NCBI GenBank assembly: GCA_035390665.1
Contig: DAOOUC010000002.1
Location: 92,143 to 124,142 of the forward strand
Reading direction: 5' to 3'
Source of the DNA: an archaeon
GTDB lineage: Archaea; Iainarchaeota; Iainarchaeia; Iainarchaeales; CSSED10-239
DNA: 32,000 nt
The position numbers were made by a program, and so were the translations under genes. The notes beneath the pieces are model-generated. The model was not told where the DNA came from. It made no database searches and saw nothing but the letters and a program-made list of their open reading frames with translations. Numbering within the stretch: the first letter of the stretch is position 1; each line of letters begins with the position of its first letter. Positions 9,950 to 20,024 of this stretch are shown here, one piece after another.

Positions 9950-10024
9950 AGGCCGGTAGCATAGTTTGGATAGTGCACAAGCCTCCTAAGCTTGGGATCG
10001 CGGGTTCGAATCCCGCCCGACCTG
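9950..10024 (+). tRNA. tRNA-Arg (anticodon CCU)
   Basis: Manual fold: acceptor AGGCCGG/CCGACCT (one C-A mismatch), D arm GCAT-AGTTTGGATA-GTGC, anticodon arm CAAGC-CTCCTAA-GCTTG, T arm GCGGG-TTCGAAT-CCCGC, discriminator G; no encoded CCA, no intron. Confidence 0.93.
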
Positions 10025-10115
10025 TATAGAAATTTTAACTAAGTTGCAATAAGTAGATACCTTTAAATATATTTTAGTTTACTATTACTATAGAATAATA
10101 AATATAGGAAAGAAA

Positions 10116-11549
10116 ATGTATTACACAAGATGGTATTTCGATGAGATTTTTAGAATTATTGGTCAGATTATCTATTACAGTAGTTTTGTATTTTTAATTC
10201 CATTAATATTGTCTATTATTTTAAAAGAGCAAACCTTATTTATAGGAAATTATGCTTTATCTTTTCTAATTGTTTTTTTATTTGGATTAATTTTATATAA
10301 ATTTATTCCAAAAAATAATTTTGTAGAACTAAGTGGAATACATTATTTATTAATTGTTTGTGGATTATGGTTGATTTTTTGTACAGTGTCAACAATTCCA
10401 TATTATGTTTTTGGATATAGCTTTATTGATTCATTCTTTGATACGATGTCTCTTCTTACAACAACAGGGACAACAACATTACCTTACATTATAGATTTAA
10501 CAAGTTTTCATGTCTGGAGAGCTATACTTTCATGGATAGGTGGTATCGGAATAGTTTTAATTGCATTCTATGGATTATTGAATACCAATATCTTTTTTTC
10601 AAAAAAAATTGCAATGGCAGAAGGTCACGATCAAATGACAAATTCCTATAAAGGAACAATAAAAGCACTTTGGATAATATATATTGTTTTAACTATTATT
10701 GGAATTATTCTATTATTATTGGTTGGAATGGATTTATTAAATTCAGTAACTTATACAATGTCAGCAATTTCTACAACAGGACACGATATGCCAAATGCAA
10801 ATTATATATATAATGGTAATATTCAATTAGTAATTGCATTTATTATTTTATTGGGAGCAACATCATTTGTAACTCATTATAAGGTTTATAAAGAAAAAAA
10901 CCCGTTAGTATATTTTAAAGATCCGCAGTTTATTTTTATTTCAGTTATAATATTTATATTTTTCTTAATATTTTATGCATATTTACACACAACACAAACT
11001 TGGCAAAGCATACTTGGTTTAATAGTAGGATCCATGGGTGGTGGTTTTATAGTATTTTCTCCAGAAATGATTTTAGGATTAGCACCATTGCTTTTTTTAT
11101 TGTTATTATTTGTTATGTTTGTGGGTGGTGCAAAAGGGTCTACTGCTGGTGGTATTACACAAGAAAGATTTCTATTATTAATTAAATCAATTTTTTGGCA
11201 AATTAAAGAGATAAGATTACCGGATCTTTCAACTATTTCAAAAAAATACGACGATAGAATTATAGATGATGATGAAATAAAATTATTATATTTTTTTGTG
11301 GCAAGCTATTTATTTTTTATAGTTTTTGGAGTATTAGTATTAACGGCTTATGGTTATCCATTAAATACAAGTATTTTTGAAGTTATTTCAACTCAAGGAA
11401 ATATTGGTATTCCAATAGGAATTGCTGAATATAGTATGCCATTAATACCAAAAATTGTATTAATATTAAACATGTGGGTTGGAAGATTAGAAATAATTCC
11501 AATATTTGGATTAATTGGAATGTTATTCCAAAGAACGAGGGTGATATGA
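10116..11549 (+). CDS. trkH: Trk/Ktr-type K+ uptake membrane subunit (TrkH/KtrB family)
   Basis: Multiple TMs with filter-like repeats LTTTGTTTLP, ISTTGHDMPNA, KGSTAGGI, ISTQGNIGIP. Confidence 0.93.
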   Translation: MYYTRWYFDEIFRIIGQIIYYSSFVFLIPLILSIILKEQTLFIGNYALSFLIVFLFGLILYKFIPKNNFVELSGIHYLLIVCGLWLIFCTVSTIPYYVFGYSFIDSFFDTMSLLTTTGTTTLPYIIDLTSFHVWRAILSWIGGIGIVLIAFYGLLNTNIFFSKKIAMAEGHDQMTNSYKGTIKALWIIYIVLTIIGIILLLLVGMDLLNSVTYTMSAISTTGHDMPNANYIYNGNIQLVIAFIILLGATSFVTHYKVYKEKNPLVYFKDPQFIFISVIIFIFFLIFYAYLHTTQTWQSILGLIVGSMGGGFIVFSPEMILGLAPLLFLLLLFVMFVGGAKGSTAGGITQERFLLLIKSIFWQIKEIRLPDLSTISKKYDDRIIDDDEIKLLYFFVASYLFFIVFGVLVLTAYGYPLNTSIFEVISTQGNIGIPIGIAEYSMPLIPKIVLILNMWVGRLEIIPIFGLIGMLFQRTRVI

Positions 11550-11550
11550 A

Positions 11551-12207
11551 ATGTATGTAATTATTGTAGGAAGAAGTGCGGTTTCAAGACACGTAATAAG
11601 TCTATTAGAAGCAGAGGATCACGAAGTAGTGGTTATTGAAAAAGACCCAGCATTATCAAAGGCAATTGCTTATGATTATGATGTAATTACCGTTAATGGG
11701 GATGCAACAAATCCAAATACTTTAAAAAAAGCAGGAATTGATCATGCAGATGTTTTTTTAGCATTAACAGACGATGATGAAACAAATTTAATAATGGCTC
11801 TAATTGCTAAACAAGCAGGAGTAAAAATGGCTGCAGTAATCTTAAGAAAGATAAGTTATCAAAAAGAAGTTTTTGATAAACTTGGAATTGATTATGTTAT
11901 TCAGCCAGATTATGCAGCTGCAGGGTATATCACTCAATTAATAACCGATAAAGATATTCTAGATTTATCTTTCTTTTCTATGGGGGATGCAGGAATTGTT
12001 GAAAATGTAATAAAAAAAGAAAGTAAACACCTAGGATTACATATCTCTAAATTTAAAACTCTTTTACCTGAGGATACAAACATTATTGGATACTTCAAAG
12101 ATGGAAACTTTAATGTCTATAAGGACACAGACATTTTAGAAGAAGGTCAAAAGATTTTAATTGTTGCAAAAAAAGAGCAAATGAAAGAAGTAAAGAAATT
12201 GATTTAA
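11551..12207 (+). CDS. trkA: TrkA-family K+ uptake regulatory protein (RCK-N/RCK-C)
   Basis: MYVIIVGRSAVSRHVISLLEAEDHEVVVIEKD Rossmann fold, INGDATNPNTLKKAGIDHADVFLALTDDDETN; adjacent to trkH. Confidence 0.93.
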   Translation: MYVIIVGRSAVSRHVISLLEAEDHEVVVIEKDPALSKAIAYDYDVITVNGDATNPNTLKKAGIDHADVFLALTDDDETNLIMALIAKQAGVKMAAVILRKISYQKEVFDKLGIDYVIQPDYAAAGYITQLITDKDILDLSFFSMGDAGIVENVIKKESKHLGLHISKFKTLLPEDTNIIGYFKDGNFNVYKDTDILEEGQKILIVAKKEQMKEVKKLI

Positions 12208-12974
12208 TTTTCAATTTCTTCTAATTCTTGTGCACCATTATCAGATGGTATTTCTTCAAAATGTATACAGATTGTGTGTCTATATTTTCTTCTGCCATCT
12301 TTGTCTGCAGTAATAAGAGATCTTGTTTTTTGCCAAGTTTTAGCGTGTTTGTTTAAAATTATTGTTTTTCTAACTTTCTCAGTATGATCAATGTCATTTA
12401 AATAAATGTCAATACCTGTTTTTTGATCCACTTTTTTAGAAATAAAAAATGGTTTTGTTTTATTTGCAGCCGCATTGTTTATAGAATTAACTTGTGTTTC
12501 TATTTGTTTAACAAGTGCCGGTTGTAGTTCTTTTAAAAGTTCTTTAGTATCAAATCTTAATTGTAAAATAGTAGTATAGTAATGACTTGCAAATTTTAAA
12601 CATTCAGCACAAGGTTCAACTCTAAAAGACACATCTTTTTCCATTGTTATTTCTTTTATTGCATTTCCAAATAAGGCTTTAACAACAACTTTAACATAAT
12701 ATTCATGTCTTTCAAAGTCAGTAATAAAAGTAACCATTGGTTTTGCTTGCTCAAGTTCTTTTATCCTTATGTGTTTAGACAGTTCATGTTCAAGTTCTGG
12801 TTTTTTCATAAGTCTCTTAGCATATCTATAACTATCACATTTAGAACAATAAGTAATTTCAAATTTAGGTGCTGTGATTACAGGATTTTCAGAAACATAG
12901 CATTCAATACAGAAATTATTTATCATTTTTTCTTCTGGAACAGTCTTTCCACATTTTGGACAAAATCTTTGCAT
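12204..12974 (-). CDS. NMD3-family protein (archaeal homologue of the 60S export adaptor)
   Basis: RFCPKCGKTVPEEKMINNFCIECY zinc ribbon, second CSKCDSYRY zinc site, VEPCAECLKFASHYY. Confidence 0.85.
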   Translation of the reverse strand: MQRFCPKCGKTVPEEKMINNFCIECYVSENPVITAPKFEITYCSKCDSYRYAKRLMKKPELEHELSKHIRIKELEQAKPMVTFITDFERHEYYVKVVVKALFGNAIKEITMEKDVSFRVEPCAECLKFASHYYTTILQLRFDTKELLKELQPALVKQIETQVNSINNAAANKTKPFFISKKVDQKTGIDIYLNDIDHTEKVRKTIILNKHAKTWQKTRSLITADKDGRRKYRHTICIHFEEIPSDNGAQELEEIEN

Positions 12975-12984
12975 AATTCTTTAC

Positions 12985-14286
12985 CTACTCTAAATCAATT
13001 GTTTCTCCAAGTGCAGGATTTTCAGCAACAATTCCAAGTTTTTTAAGTTCGTCTTTAAAATGGAAGGTTGTGTCTTTATCTCCATGTACACAAATTACTT
13101 TTTTTGGATTTACTTTTTTTACTAATTCCAATAGTTCATCTTTTCCTGCATGTCCTGAAAAACTATGCTTGGTTATTTTTGCTCTTGGAGAATAAACTTT
13201 TCCATCAATATAGATTTTATTTTTTTCTAATAATCTTCTTCCATTTGTTCCTTCTACTTGATAACCAGTAAGAATAATTCTATTTCTTGGATCATCTCCA
13301 AGTTCTCTTATATAGTAAAGAACAGGCCCGCCTTCAAGCATTCCTGCAGTAGTAATTATTATACATGGTTCTTGTTTACTAATAATCTTGTCTCTTTTCT
13401 TTTGATTTTTAATATATTCTACTCTTTCTACTGCTTTCTTAAATCTTAAGAAATCATTAAAGTGTGCTGGATATTGAGAAAAAATAGTTGTTGCTGTTTT
13501 TGCCATTCCATCAAGGTATATTGGAACTTGAATATTGTATCTATCAAGAATACTAATTAATTCTTGAGATCTTTCAATAGCAAAAGCAGGTAAAATTACA
13601 ATTCCTCTGTTATCAATTGTTTCTTTAATTTCTTCAATTAATACTTTTTCTTGTTCTTTTCTATTTTTGTGAACCTCATCTCCATAAGTTGTTTCTGTTA
13701 TCAAGTAATCAACTTGTGGTAATTTTTTATCATAACCTTTAAACATTTGGCTTTCTGAACCTCTAAAGTCTCCGGTATAAAGTATTTTTTTTTTATCCAT
13801 CTCTACAAGAGGCATAACGCTTCCAACAATATGTCCTGCATCAAAAAATGTTATTGTTGTGTTGTCTGTAATCTGTATTGGTTTTTTATAATCAATATAG
13901 AATGCAGAATTATTTGTATCATCCACATGTTGTTGTTTAAATCCACAATCTTCTCCAGTCAATTTTGCAATCTTTAATGTGTCTTTCCATAATAGATTAG
14001 ACAATTGTAAGGTTGCTTCTGTTAAAAAAAGTGGAGCATTTGCACTTTTATATAGTGATGGCACAGCACCTGAGTGGTCCAAATGTGCGTGACTTAATAT
14101 CACTCCATTAAGTGGATCTTTAACAGGTCTTGGATGCTCTGTTTTAGATGGCATTTCCAAATCTGTAGCCGTTTTTGTTGTAGGATTAAGTTTCAAACCA
14201 TAATCCAATAGTATGTTGTCTTTGCCTTTAAGAAGAATAGCACTTCTACCTACTTCTTGTCCGGCGCCTAAACATTGTACTTTCAT
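12985..14286 (-). CDS. Beta-CASP metallo-beta-lactamase-fold ribonuclease (archaeal CPSF/RNase J-like)
   Basis: GAGQEVGRSAILL, SHAHLDHSGAVP, TYGDEVH, GDFRGSESQMFKG, SGHAGKDEL, CVHGDKDT; no N-terminal KH domains. Confidence 0.92.
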   Translation of the reverse strand: MKVQCLGAGQEVGRSAILLKGKDNILLDYGLKLNPTTKTATDLEMPSKTEHPRPVKDPLNGVILSHAHLDHSGAVPSLYKSANAPLFLTEATLQLSNLLWKDTLKIAKLTGEDCGFKQQHVDDTNNSAFYIDYKKPIQITDNTTITFFDAGHIVGSVMPLVEMDKKKILYTGDFRGSESQMFKGYDKKLPQVDYLITETTYGDEVHKNRKEQEKVLIEEIKETIDNRGIVILPAFAIERSQELISILDRYNIQVPIYLDGMAKTATTIFSQYPAHFNDFLRFKKAVERVEYIKNQKKRDKIISKQEPCIIITTAGMLEGGPVLYYIRELGDDPRNRIILTGYQVEGTNGRRLLEKNKIYIDGKVYSPRAKITKHSFSGHAGKDELLELVKKVNPKKVICVHGDKDTTFHFKDELKKLGIVAENPALGETIDLE

Positions 14287-14443
14287 GTTATATCGTCTCC
14301 TTATGTTTAATAAAAATAATAATTAAATAGATTACCTATGTAATTTTAAATGTAATATATAGTCTAATTAGAATTTAGATATATTTAAATAATATATAAT
14401 TTATAGTATATATAGGTTTTTAAATATATTTTTGGTGGAAAAA

Positions 14444-15058
14444 ATGGTTTGGTTAAATTTTCTTGAGTCTATTGATTTTTTAAAAAAAAATAATATTAAA
14501 GTTTTGGATTATAAGATTATTGATTCAAAAGAAAAACTAGAATATTATAAAGATTTTCCATATGTCTTAAAACTAAGTTCCAATCTTTTACATAAAACTG
14601 AAGAAAAAGCAGTAATCACAGATATTTATTCAAAGGAGTCTTTGTTTTCTGCATATAATCACCTTTCTTCAATTTTAGAAAAACATAAAATCAAAGGGAA
14701 AATAATTCTTCAAAAACAAGTAAAAGGTTTAGAATTAATTATTGGAATTAACAAAGATGAACAGTTTGGAAAAGTCATTTTATTTGGTCAAGGCGGAATA
14801 TACACTGAAGTTTTAGATGATACAAGTATAAGAATACTTCCAATAGAAAAGAAAGAAATACAAGAAATGATATTTTCAACAAGGGTAAGTAAATTATTTT
14901 TTGCAAGAGGAGTAATTTATGATACAAAAGAATTAATTGATTTGATTGAAAATATTTCTAAAATTTCAACTAAGGTTTTAGAATTAGATTTAAATCCTGT
15001 AATTCTAACAAAAGAAGGATTATACATTGTTGATGCAAGAGTTAAGCTAGAGGAATAG
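14444..15058 (+). CDS. ATP-grasp domain protein, ADP-forming acyl-CoA synthetase beta-subunit-like
   Basis: YPYVLKLSS-like core FPYVLKLSSNLLHKTEEKAVITD, GLELIIGINKDEQFGKVILFGQGGIYTEVLDD, LDLNPVILTKEGLYIVDARVKLEE; GGTGG leader just before ATG 14444 (track start 14432 is TTG). Confidence 0.8.
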   Translation: MVWLNFLESIDFLKKNNIKVLDYKIIDSKEKLEYYKDFPYVLKLSSNLLHKTEEKAVITDIYSKESLFSAYNHLSSILEKHKIKGKIILQKQVKGLELIIGINKDEQFGKVILFGQGGIYTEVLDDTSIRILPIEKKEIQEMIFSTRVSKLFFARGVIYDTKELIDLIENISKISTKVLELDLNPVILTKEGLYIVDARVKLEE

Positions 15059-15063
15059 ACACT

Positions 15064-15999
15064 ATGTCATATAATTTAGATTTAAACACAAGTTTTCGTA
15101 AAAGAAAGCAATCTCCTAAGAGATACTGGCAATTTGTTTCTAAAAATAATCTTTTGGGAACAGCAATAACCGAAGATGCGAAATTAAATCCAAAAAAAGC
15201 ATATTTTGATTTGTATGCTGTTAAACCTAAAGGCAAAATATTAATTCCAGGAGTAACAATATCAACAGATTCTGGAGATGTTGTTGTCTATGCCCCATTT
15301 GAAGAAATTTATGATTATGGGGTAATCTATGAAGATAATGTATCCATAAAAAGAATATATGATCTTTGTGAAAGAAAGGGGTATCTAATGTCAATAGCTC
15401 ACCCATTTGGACTAATAAATAATTCTGCAAGTTATATGATGGGGTTATCAAAACTTGAAAAATTTATTAAAGAAAAAAATGTAGGGGTGGAAGCATATAA
15501 TGGAAGAATTGGATATCTTTCTTATTATATGTATGATTCTTATTTTTTAAAAACAATTAGGGATTTTTTATGGTATATTCAAGCACACAAAACATTCAAG
15601 TTACTTGGGTTATCTAAATTTGCAAATAAATTAAATCACAAAATAGATCAAAAAAGTTATGACATGGTATATAAATTTGCAGCAACAATAAAGTTATCTC
15701 AATCAGCTAATTTTATAACAGCCGGTTCTGGAACAGATTATGTTGATAGAATAGGGAGCGGTGTTGTTACCATAGATTTACCAAAATCTTTTTTTGAGGA
15801 AACAAATATTTCTCAAAACCAAATACTACTTAACAAGATTTCAAAAAAAGAAATAATCTCTTTTGGACCACCAGGAAAATATACTGATGAATTGTTTGAG
15901 AGATCAACAGCAAGAATAACCAAATTAAAAGCATATGATGATTTAGTATATCTTACAAAAACAGCTTTTAAGATTGAAAAAAAAGAAAAAAAGAAGTAA
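15064..15999 (+). CDS. PHP-domain-like protein with apparently degenerate metal-binding residues
   Basis: NNLLGTAITEDAK...KGKILIPGVTISTDSGDVVVYAPFEE...GYLMSIAHPFG...FITAGSGTDYVDRIGSG follows the PHP domain outline, but the DLHxHS and SDAH motifs are altered. Confidence 0.6.
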   Translation: MSYNLDLNTSFRKRKQSPKRYWQFVSKNNLLGTAITEDAKLNPKKAYFDLYAVKPKGKILIPGVTISTDSGDVVVYAPFEEIYDYGVIYEDNVSIKRIYDLCERKGYLMSIAHPFGLINNSASYMMGLSKLEKFIKEKNVGVEAYNGRIGYLSYYMYDSYFLKTIRDFLWYIQAHKTFKLLGLSKFANKLNHKIDQKSYDMVYKFAATIKLSQSANFITAGSGTDYVDRIGSGVVTIDLPKSFFEETNISQNQILLNKISKKEIISFGPPGKYTDELFERSTARITKLKAYDDLVYLTKTAFKIEKKEKKK

Positions 16000-16000
16000 T

Positions 16001-16732
16001 ATGTTTTTTATTTATCCAATGGTGTTTTTAACAATAATTTGTTTATTTTATCTAGTCTATGAAGATTTAAGAACAAGAGAAATAAATACTATTCCTATTT
16101 ATATATTATCAGGTATTGGTTTAATTTATAATTTATATTTTGGATTTTTATATAATTTCTGGAAATTATATATTTTACAATTATTAATTGTTTTAATATT
16201 TTTAATAATAATTTATTTATTAGGCAAAATAACTATTTATGCATATATTGGAGAAGGAGATTTGTTAACAATAATGATGATTTCTTTTACTAGCGGATAT
16301 TCTGTTTTATTTTCTGAATTTGTATTTTTACTGGCTCTTTTCTTTATGTTATTTATTCCATTGATTTTCTTAGTATATAATTTATTAAAAAAGAACTATC
16401 CATCAAAAAAAATAAATAATAGATTTTCTTTAATGTTTTTAGGATTTCCGGTTTCTGTTTCAAAACTAAATAATTTCTTTACTCCGTTAGAGGAATATAA
16501 ATTGAAAGACGGAAAAATCGAAAATAGTATTTTAATTAAACCTAATTGTGATTCTGAAATCCAAATACAAAAGATAAAGGAAATAGCAATACAATATAAT
16601 ATAAAAAAAATATGGGCCTCTCCATTAATTCCATTTGTCTGGCCAATATTTATTGCTTATCTTTTATTATTATTTTTCTTAATTTTAAGCAAATTGAATT
16701 TCTTTGGATTTTTTGCAACTCTATTTATTTAG
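16001..16732 (+). CDS. Prepilin/preflagellin peptidase-like (type A24) membrane aspartyl protease
   Basis: YEDLRTREINTIP first catalytic Asp region and YIGEGDLLTIM (GxGD) with multiple TMs; ATG 16001 preferred over track start 15974 (TTG). Confidence 0.75.
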   Translation: MFFIYPMVFLTIICLFYLVYEDLRTREINTIPIYILSGIGLIYNLYFGFLYNFWKLYILQLLIVLIFLIIIYLLGKITIYAYIGEGDLLTIMMISFTSGYSVLFSEFVFLLALFFMLFIPLIFLVYNLLKKNYPSKKINNRFSLMFLGFPVSVSKLNNFFTPLEEYKLKDGKIENSILIKPNCDSEIQIQKIKEIAIQYNIKKIWASPLIPFVWPIFIAYLLLLFFLILSKLNFFGFFATLFI

Positions 16733-16805
16733 TTATTTCAGAACAAATATATATTTATAAACATAATGTACTTATTATTTGCTATAATATATTTAAGTAA
16801 TAAAT

Positions 16806-19172
16806 ATGGTTGAATTAAAAAAATTAAAACAGATTAAAGATAATCATATAAAAGAAAATCAGCATCCTAAATACACCCCGCAAGAGTTGTCTAACTATGA
16901 GCATAAACAAATTACTTTAAAAAAAATTAAAACTCGTGGAGAATCTAATTACATTCCACCAAAATCTGCAATTGTTGAAGAAAAAAAACCAAATTCTATT
17001 AATTCTAAAATCCCTGTTGAGGATTTACAAAATAGAATGATTGAAGAAAATTTATTATTTCAAATAGAGAAAAAAAAGTTAGAAATTATTTCTGATGACC
17101 TTAAAGATAATAATATTTCTAAAGATTATAATTTGATAGATGTATCTGATTCAAATATTGATGATTTGCTTGAGAATCTAAATAAGCAAACTACAAATAT
17201 AGATGAAGATAAACCGTTTTTAGAATCTATATCTTTTTTGGATGATGTTCCAAAAATAAATAAAATTGCGATTCCAAATTTAGATGTTTCTAACCTATAT
17301 GCGAAAATAGATGAAATAGAAAAAAAAAGAGAACAATCAAAAGTAATCCAGACAGAATATCTAAATCAGAATAATCTTAAGAATCCACTACAAAATAATA
17401 ACAAAGAAAAAAAAATAGACATTGTTCCATTAATTGAAAAAATTGAAATTCCAGAAATTATGACTTTAGATGATGATACAAAAATTACAGAATCAATAAA
17501 GAATGATTTTATAAGTTTAGAAAAAAAGGCAGTTACAGAAAAAATAAAAGAATCTAATTTTGTAAATTCTAATAAAGAATTGAAACAAAATCCAGAAATA
17601 GAGAATAGAATAAAAGATATAAAGATAAAAGCAGATAACATTAAAATATCTACGCCTGTAGAATATAAAAAAGAAAATACAAAAATAAAAGAATTAGAAA
17701 AAGTAAATTATATTTTACCTAAAGATTATTTAACTAATAAAGGGCCTGTAGCTTATGATGCAATAAAAAATAAGCAAAAAATTAATTTAATTTATGATTC
17801 AGAAGTTAAATCCAAATCCATAAATAAATCTGAAATTAATGAAAAATACAATATAGATGAATTTACATTTGTTAATATTAATTATAAAGAAAACAGCCTT
17901 TTTTATAATATAATCCAACCAGAATTAACAAAGACACAAGAGGAAACACTTTCTGAAGTAAAAAGGGCGTTTCTAGATTCTATTGATGCAAATTATTATT
18001 CTTTTAAAGGAGATAAACAAGGGATTCAAAGTTATATAAAAAAGATATTTGATTTGACTTTAGAAAAATTATCCTTTGATTTAACAAGCTTAGAAAAGAA
18101 ACAATATTTTAATTTCATAAAACAAGAATTTTCTGGATTGGGATTTTTAGCAAGTATATTAGAGGATAAAAATATAATTGAGGTAAATTGTGGAGGAGTA
18201 GGATTACCAATTATGGTTTATCATACTAAATATGGGTTAATTCAAACTAATTTAAAATTTGAAAAAATGTCTCAATTAAATTTATTTGTATTATCTTTAA
18301 CTAAAGTTATGGGATTAAGGGTAAATTCTTCTCAACCATTAATTAATGGCTATCTCCCAAATGGATATAAAGTTGAAGGATTATATTCTGTAGGAGATAC
18401 AAGTAATAAAGGATCATCCTTTATAATTAAGAAATATTTAGAAGAACCATTAACCCCAAATCAATTAATAAATTTAGGTATAGGTACAATAGATGTCTTT
18501 TCATATATTTGGTGTGCAATAGATCAAAATTATCAGGTCGCAATTACAGGTGGAGATTCTGTACTTTTGATTAATTCTATTGTTCAATTATATCCTAATA
18601 AAAAGATTGCAAGTGTTCAATCTTATGATTATTTTAAATTCCCACAAAAAAATTGGATAAAAAGAATGATACATAATGAGACGGCACTAGATAAGAAAAC
18701 ATTATTATCTCAAACACTTTCTGAAAGGCCAGATTATATTATTGTGGATGATTTTACTAAAGAATTATTTGATACAAAATGGTATGATTATAGTTTAATT
18801 TATGCTGATTCAAATATTATTGGAGAATATATAGAGAAGGTTAAATCTATAGGCACAAATACAATCATCATTTATTTAGATAGAATAAAATCTCGCGATT
18901 TTGAACAAACACAAATATTAAAAATAATAGAAATAGATAAAGGAAAAGAACAAAAAATCATAGAATTTAACATTGATGATGGGAGTTATCATTTTAACTT
19001 AGTGCCTTCTAATATTAATATTGTTGATTTTTTAAAAAAGCAGAAATTACTTAGATGGATATCAGACACAGATATATCTGATTATTTAGATTTTAATAAT
19101 CTAATTAATGATTATTATTTAGATTCTAAAAAATTATTTAACAAATTAAATATAATAGAAAAAGAGCAATAG
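16806..19172 (+). CDS. Type II/IV secretion-type ATPase homologue (archaeal GspE/TadA family) with degenerate nucleotide-binding motifs
   Basis: C-terminal half: IIEVNCGGVGLPIMVYHTKYGLIQTN, SSQPLINGYLPNGYKVEG, GSSFIIKKYLEEPLTPNQLINLG, DYFKFPQKNWIKRM, LSERPDYIIVDD; about 380 aa charged, low-complexity N-terminal extension. Confidence 0.8.
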   Translation: MVELKKLKQIKDNHIKENQHPKYTPQELSNYEHKQITLKKIKTRGESNYIPPKSAIVEEKKPNSINSKIPVEDLQNRMIEENLLFQIEKKKLEIISDDLKDNNISKDYNLIDVSDSNIDDLLENLNKQTTNIDEDKPFLESISFLDDVPKINKIAIPNLDVSNLYAKIDEIEKKREQSKVIQTEYLNQNNLKNPLQNNNKEKKIDIVPLIEKIEIPEIMTLDDDTKITESIKNDFISLEKKAVTEKIKESNFVNSNKELKQNPEIENRIKDIKIKADNIKISTPVEYKKENTKIKELEKVNYILPKDYLTNKGPVAYDAIKNKQKINLIYDSEVKSKSINKSEINEKYNIDEFTFVNINYKENSLFYNIIQPELTKTQEETLSEVKRAFLDSIDANYYSFKGDKQGIQSYIKKIFDLTLEKLSFDLTSLEKKQYFNFIKQEFSGLGFLASILEDKNIIEVNCGGVGLPIMVYHTKYGLIQTNLKFEKMSQLNLFVLSLTKVMGLRVNSSQPLINGYLPNGYKVEGLYSVGDTSNKGSSFIIKKYLEEPLTPNQLINLGIGTIDVFSYIWCAIDQNYQVAITGGDSVLLINSIVQLYPNKKIASVQSYDYFKFPQKNWIKRMIHNETALDKKTLLSQTLSERPDYIIVDDFTKELFDTKWYDYSLIYADSNIIGEYIEKVKSIGTNTIIIYLDRIKSRDFEQTQILKIIEIDKGKEQKIIEFNIDDGSYHFNLVPSNINIVDFLKKQKLLRWISDTDISDYLDFNNLINDYYLDSKKLFNKLNIIEKEQ

Positions 19173-19174
19173 AT

Positions 19175-20017
19175 ATGTTTGGAAAATTTTTTACAAAGAT
19201 TTCTGAATTCTTCTTTTCAGAGATATCTAAACTTATTGTTCCGAAATTTAAAGAATTATCTAAAACTCTTTCATTTACTGATATTGAAGAAGATGCTCAA
19301 ACATATCTTTCAAATATATTGTTTTTATCTTTCCTTATAGGAATAATCTTAGAATTTTTAATGATTTTTGTAATGCTTAAATTAAATATATTATTTAATA
19401 TTTTTACTTTTGTCTTAACAATAATAATTGCCTTTACCTTTGCAGGGTTAATTTTTATTATATTATATAATTATCCAAAATTTATTTTATTATCTAATAA
19501 AAAAAAGATAGAAGAAGAATTAGAAACAAGCATAAAGCATCTTTCTGTTTTACAGGATAAGAATTTAACTGTGAAAGATGTACTTTACTTATTACAAAAA
19601 ATAGATAATAACAAAATACTTACTGTAGAATCAAAAAGAATATTATCTATGTCTGATTTAAATAAAAATCTTAAAGAAACATTAAAATATATGTGTGATA
19701 ATACCTATTCTGAACAAGAATATAGCTTCTTATCTAAATTAATAGAAGTCTTGGATGGGAAATACAAATTGGATCAAGTAATAAATGAATATTTTTTGTC
19801 TACGGAGCAAACAAGAAAAGAAAAAGAAGAACATCAAAGAAGTAGAATTACCTTGTTATTTGAAATAAATATTTTTTTGTTCTTTTTAATCTTTGTTTTA
19901 ATCTTTAGTGTTTTCTTAATGCCTATATATAGAAATTCAATAAAAGAGATTTTATTTGCTATTGCAATTATTTTTCCAATTATTGAATTAATTTTAATAA
20001 TAATATTAAGTAAGTGA
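19175..20017 (+). CDS. TadC/FlaJ-like (T2SF) secretion platform protein, probable N-terminal half
   Basis: Two TMs, cytoplasmic helical domain (IEEELETSIKHLSVLQDKNLTVKDVLYLL), C-terminal TM pair; position after the ATPase gene. Confidence 0.5.
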   Translation: MFGKFFTKISEFFFSEISKLIVPKFKELSKTLSFTDIEEDAQTYLSNILFLSFLIGIILEFLMIFVMLKLNILFNIFTFVLTIIIAFTFAGLIFIILYNYPKFILLSNKKKIEEELETSIKHLSVLQDKNLTVKDVLYLLQKIDNNKILTVESKRILSMSDLNKNLKETLKYMCDNTYSEQEYSFLSKLIEVLDGKYKLDQVINEYFLSTEQTRKEKEEHQRSRITLLFEINIFLFFLIFVLIFSVFLMPIYRNSIKEILFAIAIIFPIIELILIIILSK

Positions 20018-20024
20018 AAAATTA

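Noticed and set aside
15974-16000. 26-nt overlap between the PHP-like and prepilin peptidase ORFs as a coupling signal
   Set aside because: The overlap results from a TTG extension (MKKKKKRSN) reading the Lys-rich end of the upstream gene. ATG at 16001, right after the stop, is the more plausible start.
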